Part shown: piece by piece, positions 36,043 through 45,477 of the stretch | Layout: the number at the start of each line of letters is the position of its first letter | Numbering within the stretch: the stretch's first letter is position 1 | Origin: a virus | Lineage: Duplodnaviria; Heunggongvirae; Uroviricota; Caudoviricetes | IMG/VR virus record: IMGVR_UViG_3300007735_000926 | Coordinates: 133,683-197,682 of that record | DNA length: 64,000 nt | Strand: one strand, 5' to 3' | Notes under the pieces: model-generated | What the model saw: the letters and a program-made list of their open reading frames with translations, nothing else | Told to the model about the DNA's origin: nothing | The model's database searches: none | Program-made: the position numbers and the translations under genes

Positions 36043-36903
36043 TTAGAAGTTCTGAGCGACCTTAGCACGAATGCCAGCGAGCGTCTGTTCCTTGGTAATC
36101 ACACCATCCTTGAACACCTGCTCAAAGGCACAATTCTTAACGTCGTCCCAAGTGGCTTGATCCTTCATAACAAAGTTACCATCCTTTTCATAGACAGCAA
36201 TCAGTCCCTTGGCACTCTTCTTGAGTCCGTCATCAGTCTTCGGGTCTTTGAAGATTTCAACACCCTGAGTCTTACCATCAACCGTCACTTCGCCATAAGT
36301 GGACTTGACAGCGAATCCGTGAGTGTCACGGGTAACGATGGCGTCCATCGTGATAGCACCCTGATAAGTGAAGCTTCCGATACCATACACAAGGTTGGTC
36401 GAAGCAAACCCCTTGGCAGCGAGACGTTCACAGATAGCGGTAGCACGATCAATGGTGATACTGTCTCCATAGATGGCTCCAATATGACTATCAAGCTGAT
36501 GGTAGCCTGTGCTAGTAGCGGTGCCGCCAAAGATTTCCCAGAGACACTGAATCATGCCCTTAACTTCAAGCTCGGTAAGTTCTTTGCCCTTCAGTTCGCC
36601 AGTTTTTTCATTGGGATCAAGTTCGTAAATTTTACCTTGATGGACGATAATTTCATCATTGGTATAACCAGTCACAATCTTAACTGGATCACCCGAGTCA
36701 GGACGAATGACAACCTTACCATCACGGGCCATGATCTTGTCCTTGAGAATAGCAGCGATACCACCATCAGGATTCACAACGTTCCAGAAGTCCCACGTAT
36801 CCGAAACGATACTCGCGATACCATCAGGGTAGGTTTCAGTAATGAGGCGTTCGAAAAGAAGGAGTTCGCCAAGGCTTTGCTTTTGAGTTGCGTTTAGTTT
36901 CAT
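36043..36903 (-). CDS. nadV: nicotinamide phosphoribosyltransferase NadV/NAMPT, C-terminal half of split gene
   Basis: VSDTWDFW, VIRPDSGDP, IYGDSI, YGIGSF, IFKDPKTDDGLKKSAKG align with NAMPT residues ~300-490; has own ATG and motif copy at 36940-36960. Confidence 0.65.
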   Translation of the reverse strand: MKLNATQKQSLGELLLFERLITETYPDGIASIVSDTWDFWNVVNPDGGIAAILKDKIMARDGKVVIRPDSGDPVKIVTGYTNDEIIVHQGKIYELDPNEKTGELKGKELTELEVKGMIQCLWEIFGGTATSTGYHQLDSHIGAIYGDSITIDRATAICERLAAKGFASTNLVYGIGSFTYQGAITMDAIVTRDTHGFAVKSTYGEVTVDGKTQGVEIFKDPKTDDGLKKSAKGLIAVYEKDGNFVMKDQATWDDVKNCAFEQVFKDGVITKEQTLAGIRAKVAQNF

Positions 36904-36989
36904 AGTGTTTGTAGTATGGGGCAGTGTTTTATATTTGAATTTATTATAACGTAGTTTTTATTGATTAAATTACAGCTTTAAGTGTAAAT

Positions 36990-37700
36990 ATGTATATGAC
37001 TGAATGTTCAGAACGACCACAAGATACCAAATCATGCACCAAATGTCAAGAAGAAAAACCATTGAACGAGTTTCCTAAGAGTTCTCGATTTAAATCTGGT
37101 TTTAATTCCCAATGCAAATATTGTTTAAATACCGCATCTAAAAAATGGAGGGATGAGAATTCCGAAGACTTCAAAAACCGACGCAAGGAGCATTATTGGA
37201 AAAATGTTGATAAAATGCGAGAAGAAAAACGTCAATATGTTGAAAGATCAAAGCCTCAAAAAATTGCTTATGATGCTGAGTATCGAAAGGCCAACAAAGA
37301 TAAGATAGCAGCTTACAAAAAGAATTGGGAATCTAAAAAGAAAGACGATCCAATTTTTAAAATCAAAAGAAATTTAAGAAGACGAGTTCACCATGCTTTG
37401 ATGGGAAGAACCAAATCGGATAATACGTTTAATCTTATTGGCTGTTCAGCAGAAGAATTTAAAGCTCACATTGAAAGTCTTTGGTTGGAAGGTATGTCTT
37501 GGGATAACTATGGACCCTCTGGATGGCACGTTGACCATATCAAAGAATGCCATACGTTTGATTTATCTGATCCAAAACAACAGAAAGAATGTTTCCATTA
37601 TTCCAACCAAAGACCTCTGTGGGCTAAAGATAATCTTAGCCGTTCACGGCCATCACATAATCGTAATATTCGTAAGACTCATCAATCTCGTCAGGGATAG
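36990..37700 (+). CDS. HNH homing endonuclease inserted between the two nadV halves
   Basis: Plus-strand ORF with N-terminal zinc-finger Cys cluster and GWHVDHIKECH HNH motif; Lys-rich. Confidence 0.6.
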   Translation: MYMTECSERPQDTKSCTKCQEEKPLNEFPKSSRFKSGFNSQCKYCLNTASKKWRDENSEDFKNRRKEHYWKNVDKMREEKRQYVERSKPQKIAYDAEYRKANKDKIAAYKKNWESKKKDDPIFKIKRNLRRRVHHALMGRTKSDNTFNLIGCSAEEFKAHIESLWLEGMSWDNYGPSGWHVDHIKECHTFDLSDPKQQKECFHYSNQRPLWAKDNLSRSRPSHNRNIRKTHQSRQG

Positions 37701-38466
37701 ATTCAATCATAACGGCAGTTCCAAGGCACATGCAACTGTGTTCGGACGCTGCAACAGACACACCAACCATTTCCTTGTCACTATCAGCATTGTAATACTC
37801 CTCAAGGAAGTCGATGGCAGGAAGCGTATCAGTTCCGACAAAGCTAAGAAGGTGAGCAGCACCACTCATGGTAGCAGCTTCAAGACCCATCATACCACGG
37901 AAAGAGAAATCGTGTCCTTGGAATTGGACGAAATCAATCATTTCAGGATTGGTCTTCTTAGCCCACTCATTAAGAATCCTACGATAAATAAGAGCGGTCG
38001 TTGCACTGGTGCTACAAGCCCAAGTCGAGCAAGACAGAATGGTTTCAATGGCATTGGTAAGCCAGAAGAAACGAGCATCAGTGTTGAACACGACGAACAT
38101 TGGGACACGAAGATCAACGTTAGAACCTTCAGGCAGCGCCCAAATTTCAAGCGGAAGATAACCAAGAGCGTGAAGATCACGAATATGCTGGTCGCCAATG
38201 TTGTTGACGCCAAGGTAATTCAGAAGACGACGACCATACTTCTTGGTAACTTCATCCAAAGGACGAGAGAAGAAAGTGCGTTCCCATTCATCAAGCAGAT
38301 ACTTCTTCATGAAGTATTGCAGACCAAAACTGATCACCTTATTGATTCCCTTGACGCGAGTGCCGCGTGCAGTGAGATTCGAAAAGACCAGTTCGCTATT
38401 GCTAGGATACTGGCGGCGATGGTCAACTTTGTAACCGTCTACTAAGAGTGGAGCGAGTGTATTCAT
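37636..38466 (-). CDS. nadV: nicotinamide phosphoribosyltransferase NadV/NAMPT, N-terminal half of split gene
   Basis: VDGYKVDHRRQY, FQGHDFSFRGMMGLEAA, SFVGTDT, AASEHS align with NAMPT residues ~1-285. Confidence 0.65.
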   Translation of the reverse strand: MNTLAPLLVDGYKVDHRRQYPSNSELVFSNLTARGTRVKGINKVISFGLQYFMKKYLLDEWERTFFSRPLDEVTKKYGRRLLNYLGVNNIGDQHIRDLHALGYLPLEIWALPEGSNVDLRVPMFVVFNTDARFFWLTNAIETILSCSTWACSTSATTALIYRRILNEWAKKTNPEMIDFVQFQGHDFSFRGMMGLEAATMSGAAHLLSFVGTDTLPAIDFLEEYYNADSDKEMVGVSVAASEHSCMCLGTAVMIESIPDEIDESYEYYDYVMAVNG

Positions 38467-38496
38467 AATGTTTGTTGTATTTATTGAGGTTGTTGA

Positions 38497-38531
38497 GATT
38501 ATATTGTAGTTTTTATTGAAAAAATATCAGT
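38497..38531. repeat. 35-bp direct repeat copy A (includes gene-upstream motif) flanking LAGLIDADG gene
   Basis: GATTATATTGTAGTTTTTATTGAAAAAATATCAGT, repeated at 39531-39565 with one mismatch. Confidence 0.6.
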
Positions 38532-38549
38532 CTGATACTAAATAAGATC

Positions 38550-39458
38550 ATGACCAAGCATATCAAAAAAGAGTATTCCGATGTATTGAATGAGCTTTAT
38601 CCAACTTCAATCTCAATCGATGAGATAGCCGAGAGAATGAAACTGAGTAAACATACGGTTGAAGTATATGCTAGGAAGTTGGGTTTGTCAAGACCAAAAC
38701 CTGAGCCATGGAATTCATTATCAGAAAAAGATGAGAGATTGATATTGGATATGTATGAGTATGGTGATTTTGATGAATTGTCTCAGTTGGTTGGAAGAAG
38801 TAAACACGCTATTTCAGAATGGGCTAGGAAGAGAGGTATTAAACGTCAAATCAATATCAATCGAAATGGTGATATATCTATACTTCTTAATGGTTCTTTG
38901 CAATCGTTCTATTGGTTAGGTTTATTGGCATCTGATGGATATGTCAGCAAAGATGGGCATCTCATGTTCTCACAAGGGGAAAAAGATAAAGATATCGTAG
39001 AATCATTTGCATTGTATGTCAATTCTGCTGTTTATCAATTTGAAGTTGAATCTGGTTACAATACTCAACCTAGAACACTTTATAGAGTCAATGTAAAAGA
39101 TATTAACGCTGGAAAGGAAATTAGGAATTTATGGGGGTTGGATGATGAAGATCAAAAAACATACTCAAGTATATCGTCGGAATTTTTAAAAACAAAAGAA
39201 CAAGCAATGGCATTCTTGATTGGATTCTTTGATGGGGATGGATATCTCAGACCAAATTTTGCTGGTAAAATTGAAGTTCATTCTAATTGGTTGCAATTCC
39301 TAAATGAAATCTGTAAATTAGTCGGATTGGATTACGAAGGTAAAATCAATAATCGTGGATATGCCCGAATCACAATCAAAAAATCATTTATGCTTCAATT
39401 GAAAGCTTTTATCGAATCTAACAATTTGGTCCACAATCAAAGAAAATGGAACTTATGA
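38550..39458 (+). CDS. LAGLIDADG homing endonuclease with N-terminal HTH
   Basis: Two LAGLIDADG motifs: LLASDGYV and FFDGDGYL. Confidence 0.6.
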   Translation: MTKHIKKEYSDVLNELYPTSISIDEIAERMKLSKHTVEVYARKLGLSRPKPEPWNSLSEKDERLILDMYEYGDFDELSQLVGRSKHAISEWARKRGIKRQININRNGDISILLNGSLQSFYWLGLLASDGYVSKDGHLMFSQGEKDKDIVESFALYVNSAVYQFEVESGYNTQPRTLYRVNVKDINAGKEIRNLWGLDDEDQKTYSSISSEFLKTKEQAMAFLIGFFDGDGYLRPNFAGKIEVHSNWLQFLNEICKLVGLDYEGKINNRGYARITIKKSFMLQLKAFIESNNLVHNQRKWNL

Positions 39459-39530
39459 ACGTCCACGAGTAGAGGAGCTAATGTATTCATATTTTTATTG
39501 TATTTTTGTTGTATTTACAGGAGTTGCAGT

Positions 39531-39565
39531 GATTATATCGTAGTTTTTATTGAAAAAATATCAGT
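39531..39565. repeat. 35-bp direct repeat copy B (orphan motif copy)
   Basis: GATTATATCGTAGTTTTTATTGAAAAAATATCAGT. Confidence 0.6.
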
Positions 39566-39567
39566 GT

Positions 39568-40485
39568 TTAATTGGTTGCGTAGTCGTTGTTAAGAACTTT
39601 GACGATAGCTTTGTCTTTACCTTTGAGTTCGAATTCCCACACACAATCACTATTCAGTTTAACAACGTCGGGCATGTGAGTGGCGTATTCAGCATGACTG
39701 CGGGGACTTGCTACAACGCCTTCACTCCAATGCATAACAGGTGTATAAGAACGCCATGTGCTTTTGAAAAGATCAAAGTGACAAACTGGAGAAGGATTAA
39801 CAGCATCGTGTAGATTGTCAAACACCAAAGGAAGATAACTACCAAAGTTGTTGTAAAGATTTTCAGCATTCCAAAAACCTTTGTCTTCGTTCTCAAGAAC
39901 CAAACGATTGCGAACACCAATATCGCAACGATTGAAAGCATTTCGGAAACGAATCAAATAATCCATCATGCTATCTTTAGCGGGATCAATCGAAAGATTA
40001 AGATGCAAACACATTGGTGATGAATAATTTCGAGCGCAGCCAAACATATCAAGAACATACGATTGATGATTCAGTTCTTTGATAGTCTTGGTGACAGTAT
40101 CAGGATTGAGTGATGGAAGAACATTGAATTGATCAGGATGTGACGAAATACTAACACCCAGCTTAACAGCAAGATCACCTGCATATTGCAAACGTGATTT
40201 GATTTCCTCAAAATCTGGCAGATCAAAATAAGAAAGATTGAGAGTGCTGTCAGTAATAAGGGGAAACAGATTGCTACTGATGCGATAATGCTTGATACCC
40301 ACAACAGCACAATGATGAATGATCACACCACACAAACGACTGTTGTGTAGAATCTTCTTAGAAAGATCAGCGATGGCAATATCGCGCTTCAACGAATTGA
40401 AACGAGAACGAGTCATCGTTTGAAACGCATTTGTTTTATTTTTTTCCTTGAGGATTTCGCTGATACAGACTAGGCCGATATTCAT
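39568..40485 (-). CDS. uvdE: UV DNA damage endonuclease UvdE
   Basis: RISSNLFPL, SSHPDQFNVL, RLVLENEDK, FDNLHD, HWSEGVVASPRSHAEYA align with Bacillus UvdE. Confidence 0.6.
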   Translation of the reverse strand: MNIGLVCISEILKEKNKTNAFQTMTRSRFNSLKRDIAIADLSKKILHNSRLCGVIIHHCAVVGIKHYRISSNLFPLITDSTLNLSYFDLPDFEEIKSRLQYAGDLAVKLGVSISSHPDQFNVLPSLNPDTVTKTIKELNHQSYVLDMFGCARNYSSPMCLHLNLSIDPAKDSMMDYLIRFRNAFNRCDIGVRNRLVLENEDKGFWNAENLYNNFGSYLPLVFDNLHDAVNPSPVCHFDLFKSTWRSYTPVMHWSEGVVASPRSHAEYATHMPDVVKLNSDCVWEFELKGKDKAIVKVLNNDYATN

Positions 40486-40545
40486 ATTGATTTGTTTTGG
40501 GATCGAGGATATTATAGCGTAGTTTTTATTAGTTTTCCTTTGTGC

Positions 40546-40776
40546 TCAAGCATCTTCCCAAATGATTTCCTGCAAATAACCTGTTTTGCGGAAACCGTAA
40601 CCATGCTCTTTAAGCATTTTTTCGACTGAATATGGAATAGCTGTATCAATATACGCGTAGGTTTTCCCTGCTAAAATCGCATTGTCAATTTTCCGCTCAA
40701 TGTCTTCAATTAGAATCTTATGCTTATTAAGCTGATTCTCGATTGTTTGAGCACGAGCCATAGATGCGCGTTTCAT
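40546..40776 (-). CDS. hypothetical protein
   Basis: 76 aa. Confidence 0.35.
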   Translation of the reverse strand: MKRASMARAQTIENQLNKHKILIEDIERKIDNAILAGKTYAYIDTAIPYSVEKMLKEHGYGFRKTGYLQEIIWEDA

Positions 40777-40788
40777 ATTAGTTATTTG

Positions 40789-41043
40789 TTAATACCATGA
40801 AATAATCCAAACATTAAATATATTATGCTTTAAGCAGAAGCCATTTTGTTTCAGTTTATCGATAACAAAAGTGGTGAAAACTGTGTCACATTCAACAGAA
40901 TACCGTCCACTCATTGCAGCATTCTTGATAGCAACCTCAAGAGCTAAAAGCATATTTTCATCAGCTTGTCCTTTTAGTTGTTGTGCAACTGGATTGGTTA
41001 TCTCATTAGCTTCTTTTGCAGAAATCATATTAGTTTGTTCCAT
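40789..41043 (-). CDS. hypothetical protein
   Basis: 84 aa. Confidence 0.35.
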   Translation of the reverse strand: MEQTNMISAKEANEITNPVAQQLKGQADENMLLALEVAIKNAAMSGRYSVECDTVFTTFVIDKLKQNGFCLKHNIFNVWIISWY

Positions 41044-41825
41044 TTTCTTTCCATTACTGGAATATTCATATCTAGTGTTAGATTTTTAAACTTTCGAAAA
41101 TTTTCATTTTTGTAAATCATAAGCTTAGAATACCCTCTTGATGTCATTGAAATTATCGATTCTATCTTGAAGTGTTTCTCTAAAGCTATTTTTATAGATT
41201 CTAACACTTCCATCCAAGATGAATGTAATTCAAATTTCATGGCCACTACTTTAGATTTTTGCATACAAAAACAACCATCACCATCAAACAGTCCAAAGAA
41301 AAATGATACAAACTTATCCGAATCATTTAATATTTTTAATAGGTTTGGAGGATTTATGGTTTTTGTATGACCGACTTTATACAAATTTCTCAACTGTTCA
41401 CATGTATTAACATCTGATATGGAAATCGTGACCGATTCAGTATTGTTTGCGTAAGTGGTATTCTGAATGTTGTGTTTTATTGGCTGCTCGACTTCTAAAA
41501 AGTTTCTAAATTTTATTAAGTGTCCTTCGTCTTTGGGAGAAACTGTAATTTTTATGTTATTGCGTTTCCCTATATGACCATCGGCTATTATGAAACCATG
41601 CCAATAATAGGATTCAAGACTGTCATTTAATAATTTAGATGCTTTATATTTTCGTTTGTCTATCAAACTTTTGATTTTGAATCGTCTAGCAGCCTCTTTT
41701 AGTGTAGATCGTTTAATTCCTAGTTTTTTCGCTAATTGATTTTTATCACCTAACGGATATTCATCTTTTAAAAGTTGGATTTTTTCTGGTGTCCATTGGA
41801 TTTGAGGTTTTATAAGTTGGCTCAT
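41025..41825 (-). CDS. LAGLIDADG homing endonuclease with N-terminal HTH
   Basis: FIIADGHIG and LFDGDGCF motifs; similar architecture to 38550-39458 product; AT-rich, no standard motif. Confidence 0.55.
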   Translation of the reverse strand: MSQLIKPQIQWTPEKIQLLKDEYPLGDKNQLAKKLGIKRSTLKEAARRFKIKSLIDKRKYKASKLLNDSLESYYWHGFIIADGHIGKRNNIKITVSPKDEGHLIKFRNFLEVEQPIKHNIQNTTYANNTESVTISISDVNTCEQLRNLYKVGHTKTINPPNLLKILNDSDKFVSFFFGLFDGDGCFCMQKSKVVAMKFELHSSWMEVLESIKIALEKHFKIESIISMTSRGYSKLMIYKNENFRKFKNLTLDMNIPVMERKWNKLI

Positions 41826-41855
41826 ACGTATATATTTAACGTATGAGTGGAACTT

Positions 41856-42797
41856 TTACACCGAAAACTTAAAACATGTGAAATTTCCACAATCTACCGA
41901 TTCGTCCCAATTATGTTTTGTGTTGACAGTATAAACATGGTCAAAATGCTGACACACATTCTGAACACCTTCAACCGTATCTGAATGCGCTGTAAACAGA
42001 TAAATTGGTCCCGGATTTTTTTCTTTCAATTTTTTAGCCAAACCTATAAAAGTCCCCCCTTTACAATTTACGTCATCAAAGATGATCGAAGGATTACCGC
42101 CAAGATCGTCAGCTTGAACAAAGAATCCCTTGAGCGACCCATCCTTAACGTCACGAATCTTCTCACAACGAATCATTTCAAATTCGATGAGGGGGAATTC
42201 ATTGGCCAAGTAAGTAGCGATCTTACCAACACGCTTGCCAGCGCCAGCGTCAGGACACACGATGTTGATCTTCTTGATAGAAGAATCAGATTTAATCAAA
42301 TCTGCAACGATCAGCTTTGCATAATCATGATCGTCAACGACAACAACATTGTTGAGAAGAGCAGGAGTCACTTCACTATGAGGAGTAAAGATGAACACCT
42401 TGGAGAAGTTGCAGTCATTGATAAGCTTGGCAAAGACAGCGACCGTAAGCGGTTCACCAGCATTGCAAACACGGTCTTGACGAGCAGCGGGGAAGTATGG
42501 AAGCACAAGCTGGATATTGGTAAAACCAGCCCGACGAGCAGCATCAACAGCAAGGATGATATCCATGAAATCTCCTGCACTGTTCACACGATGCGTAATG
42601 ATCAAATCACCGGGATTATCCAGTGCGATGGTGCTGGTAATTTGGAAGTGAGATTCACCACCCGGAAAAGTCAGCTTTTTGAAAGTGAGAAAGAACAAAT
42701 TGGTTTTATCAACAAAAGGACTGAACGCTTCATCAAGGTTGAGGACGAACGTTTCGTCATTTTTCTGAATCCAGTGAGTGTGTAAGTGCTGTTTCAT
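41856..42797 (-). CDS. prs: ribose-phosphate pyrophosphokinase (PRPP synthetase)
   Basis: GESHFQITSTI...DLIITHRV...ILAVDAARRAGFTNIQLVLPYFPAARQDR pattern of Prs. Confidence 0.55.
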   Translation of the reverse strand: MKQHLHTHWIQKNDETFVLNLDEAFSPFVDKTNLFFLTFKKLTFPGGESHFQITSTIALDNPGDLIITHRVNSAGDFMDIILAVDAARRAGFTNIQLVLPYFPAARQDRVCNAGEPLTVAVFAKLINDCNFSKVFIFTPHSEVTPALLNNVVVVDDHDYAKLIVADLIKSDSSIKKINIVCPDAGAGKRVGKIATYLANEFPLIEFEMIRCEKIRDVKDGSLKGFFVQADDLGGNPSIIFDDVNCKGGTFIGLAKKLKEKNPGPIYLFTAHSDTVEGVQNVCQHFDHVYTVNTKHNWDESVDCGNFTCFKFSV

Positions 42798-42824
42798 AAT
42801 GTTGCGTCATTTGTATCGTAGTTT

Positions 42825-43172
42825 TTATTCGCTAACTTGAAGCTCAAGAAAACGAACATTTTCTTCAGGCAAATCTTTAAAATATTTCAATGCTCTCTTT
42901 TCGAGATTTTTGAAAAGATTTTCAATTTCATTTTGAGTATTGGGGCAGATCGGTAAAAAATAATCTTTGCTCAAAGCTCTGGCAACTGCAATCTTGATGC
43001 CTAATTTTTTATCGAAACGATCAATCGGATTACAGAGTGAATACCCGTAGTAAACCCCATTTTCTTCTCTAACAGCAACTACAATTCCTCGTGGATTATT
43101 CTTTCGATCTCTGATGAATTGCTTAATTATATTTTTATTATCAGTGTTCATATTTTTAAAAATTACTTTCAA
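42825..43172 (-). CDS. hypothetical protein; paralog of 23926-24186
   Basis: Shared PRGIVV...LGIKIAVARA core. Confidence 0.45.
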   Translation of the reverse strand: MKVIFKNMNTDNKNIIKQFIRDRKNNPRGIVVAVREENGVYYGYSLCNPIDRFDKKLGIKIAVARALSKDYFLPICPNTQNEIENLFKNLEKRALKYFKDLPEENVRFLELQVSE

Positions 43173-43863
43173 TTAGTCTATGCTCTTTGACCTGCTCAAT
43201 GGCAAGAATCGTGGAATAACATCCGTTCATTTCAACCCAATGATAGGAATGGAAGTGACCACAGTAATGCATTTTAGCTTTTGAAAGCTTGATCAATTCA
43301 TCGTGATCAATGCGCTCTTTGTAGCAATCATTCCATAGCTCAGGATCTTTTCCACACCATCCAGCTAGTCCTTCTTTATCAAAAGGACCATTCCAAGTTG
43401 GGGCGCTATGGGTTACGAGAACATCACATTCTGTAATCAATTCAGGTTTGAGAACAAATGTCTCATCGTGCCAATAACTCTTACCGGGAACACGATACAA
43501 ACGATCAATGCTGATGGCACCACCAACAAAAAGGAATTTCTCTCCATTGAGTTCTTTGGTGGTATAATCTGGAAGCAATTCAAAATTACTCATTTTGATA
43601 CGAGAGTCGCCATTGAAATACGCGGGATCATCGTGGTTCCCCCGGATCGACATGAAGTGAATATTCTTTTTGGTAAAGTAATCATTCAAATCACCACAAG
43701 CAATCATTTCTCCATTCTGAGTATTTTTAAAACCGATACCGAGATCACCAACGCAAATCAGGTAGCAATTCTCAATACCCTGATGATGGATGAGATTCTT
43801 CAACCGACCAAATGCGCCGTGTATGTCTCCTATCAAAAGGACTGGTTTAATATAGTTGCTCAT
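43156..43863 (-). CDS. calcineurin-like metallophosphoesterase
   Basis: GDIHG, GDLGIG, RGNHD, THSAP, GHFH motifs. Confidence 0.55.
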   Translation of the reverse strand: MSNYIKPVLLIGDIHGAFGRLKNLIHHQGIENCYLICVGDLGIGFKNTQNGEMIACGDLNDYFTKKNIHFMSIRGNHDDPAYFNGDSRIKMSNFELLPDYTTKELNGEKFLFVGGAISIDRLYRVPGKSYWHDETFVLKPELITECDVLVTHSAPTWNGPFDKEGLAGWCGKDPELWNDCYKERIDHDELIKLSKAKMHYCGHFHSYHWVEMNGCYSTILAIEQVKEHRLIESNF

Positions 43864-43878
43864 TGTGTTATTTCAAAT

Positions 43879-44376
43879 TTATAGATCAATCTCGAATGGT
43901 GTTTCGAATATGTTACCAACGACTTCTGCTTTTGTCAAGTCGAAATGATCATTGTCTTCCATTTTCGCTCTGCCGACAGGGTTGAGCTTGGTTTCTCCAA
44001 TTTTAACAAATTTGCTGCCGTTGATAGAATGGTAAATATACGGTCTTAAGAAAGAACCATTGTAGAAGTCAAAGACATAAAGGGTTGACATGTAGCAATC
44101 TTCTGCCAATTTGATTGGTTCAGAAAAACGAACAATGTCACCTTCATAAATCTCTACACCATCCTTGCCTTTTAGACCTGTGTATTGCTGAAGAATGAAT
44201 CTATTGCCCAAGTCTTCTAATATAATATCCCCACCATAACTACCATCGTCGTTTCGAGTTCTCTCCCAAAAGAAAAGCTGTTTATGGGAGGTAGAAAAGA
44301 ATGGATCTCTATTTGTCCATTCAGAAAATTCTTCGTATTCAGTATCCCAAGTTCTAAATTTAATTTCTCTACTCAT
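43879..44376 (-). CDS. YopX-family protein (1 of 4 tandem paralogs)
   Basis: MSREIKFRTWD ... QQYTGLKGKDGVEIYEGDIV. Confidence 0.55.
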   Translation of the reverse strand: MSREIKFRTWDTEYEEFSEWTNRDPFFSTSHKQLFFWERTRNDDGSYGGDIILEDLGNRFILQQYTGLKGKDGVEIYEGDIVRFSEPIKLAEDCYMSTLYVFDFYNGSFLRPYIYHSINGSKFVKIGETKLNPVGRAKMEDNDHFDLTKAEVVGNIFETPFEIDL

Positions 44377-44381
44377 GATTC

Positions 44382-44585
44382 TTAAATTTCTTTAAATCCT
44401 AGCTCTTTAGCGATCCACGAAAGCTCTTCATCTTCTTCTAATGAAGAAATTAGAGCATTTATCAGTTTGATCGAAAAATCAGCATCTTGAACCTTTTTGT
44501 CTATATCGACAATGAATTCGATCAATTCTTGCTTTGAATTGCCTCTCACTAAATTATCTGTATTTAAATCAATAGTTATGTTCAT
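44382..44585 (-). CDS. hypothetical protein
   Basis: 67 aa. Confidence 0.35.
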   Translation of the reverse strand: MNITIDLNTDNLVRGNSKQELIEFIVDIDKKVQDADFSIKLINALISSLEEDEELSWIAKELGFKEI

Positions 44586-45019
44586 GTTAATTTACTTTGA
44601 TTGTTTGTTTCCCATTTCAACTCTAATAGTTCTGGATTTTCAAAGATATTACCAATTACTTTATAACCACTTGAGTCTGTATAATCGCCCAATGTTTCAA
44701 AAGAACCATCAGTTCGTTCGATCGAATCATGTTTAAAGAATCCAAATGCTGTGCTGCCATCTGCCACATAGGAAACTTCTTCAGGCTGGTTATGTTGATA
44801 AATCTCCAAAATATCTCCTTCGTAAATCTCTTTACCATTCTTGTCTTTTAGACCAGTGTATTGTTGATAAGTCAATCCATGTGGATGTTGCTTCCAGTAG
44901 AATGTATGTGGATGAATTTCACCAATACCATTTACATCGGTTTTCATTCTCCAGATGTATTTGTTAGTCACCCATTCTTTCTTTAGATTGTCCCAAATTC
45001 TAAATTTTATCTCTCTCAT
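44582..45019 (-). CDS. YopX-family protein
   Basis: MREIKFRIWD ... QQYTGLKDKNGKEIYEGDIL. Confidence 0.55.
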   Translation of the reverse strand: MREIKFRIWDNLKKEWVTNKYIWRMKTDVNGIGEIHPHTFYWKQHPHGLTYQQYTGLKDKNGKEIYEGDILEIYQHNQPEEVSYVADGSTAFGFFKHDSIERTDGSFETLGDYTDSSGYKVIGNIFENPELLELKWETNNQSKLT

Positions 45020-45037
45020 TAGTTTAATTTTTCTGGA

Positions 45038-45262
45038 TTAAGGTGTGCCCGCTCTTAGCCTTTTTGAACGTTTATTGTGGAAAGAATTACTCACAGCAAT
45101 AAACGTCTCATCGTCTTTATAAATTGGAATCTTACCAAAGCTAAACATCCACCATAAAAAGTGAATATCGATTCTTTTATCCATACAAATATGAATACCA
45201 AAAGAAATATCAGGTAATCCAAAATTAGTTACCCAAATATTTTTAATAGAATCGAATTTCAT
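45038..45262 (-). CDS. hypothetical protein
   Basis: 74 aa. Confidence 0.3.
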   Translation of the reverse strand: MKFDSIKNIWVTNFGLPDISFGIHICMDKRIDIHFLWWMFSFGKIPIYKDDETFIAVSNSFHNKRSKRLRAGTP

Positions 45263-45477
45263 CAGTTTACTTTAATTGTTTGTTTGCCCATTTCAGCAAT
45301 CACTTGGCCATCACACAATAATCGGTGTTCACATCTATGGTTATAGTGAGCTTTTAACATGGACCATGCTCCTTCAGCAAAAGACTTTCTCATATAAGAG
45401 AATCCTACCATTTTACTCCATTTGTCAATAGGAGGTGCCATGTAAAATTCAATATCGTAATACTTTTGAGCTTTCAT
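45262..45477 (-). CDS. hypothetical protein
   Basis: 71 aa. Confidence 0.3.
   Translation of the reverse strand: MKAQKYYDIEFYMAPPIDKWSKMVGFSYMRKSFAEGAWSMLKAHYNHRCEHRLLCDGQVIAEMGKQTIKVN

Noticed and set aside
36157-38445. Long plus-strand ORFs 36157-36897 and 37438-38445
   Set aside because: Antisense to the two nadV halves, which have strong homology support.
41985-42785. Plus-strand 266-aa ORF
   Set aside because: Antisense to the PRPP synthetase gene.
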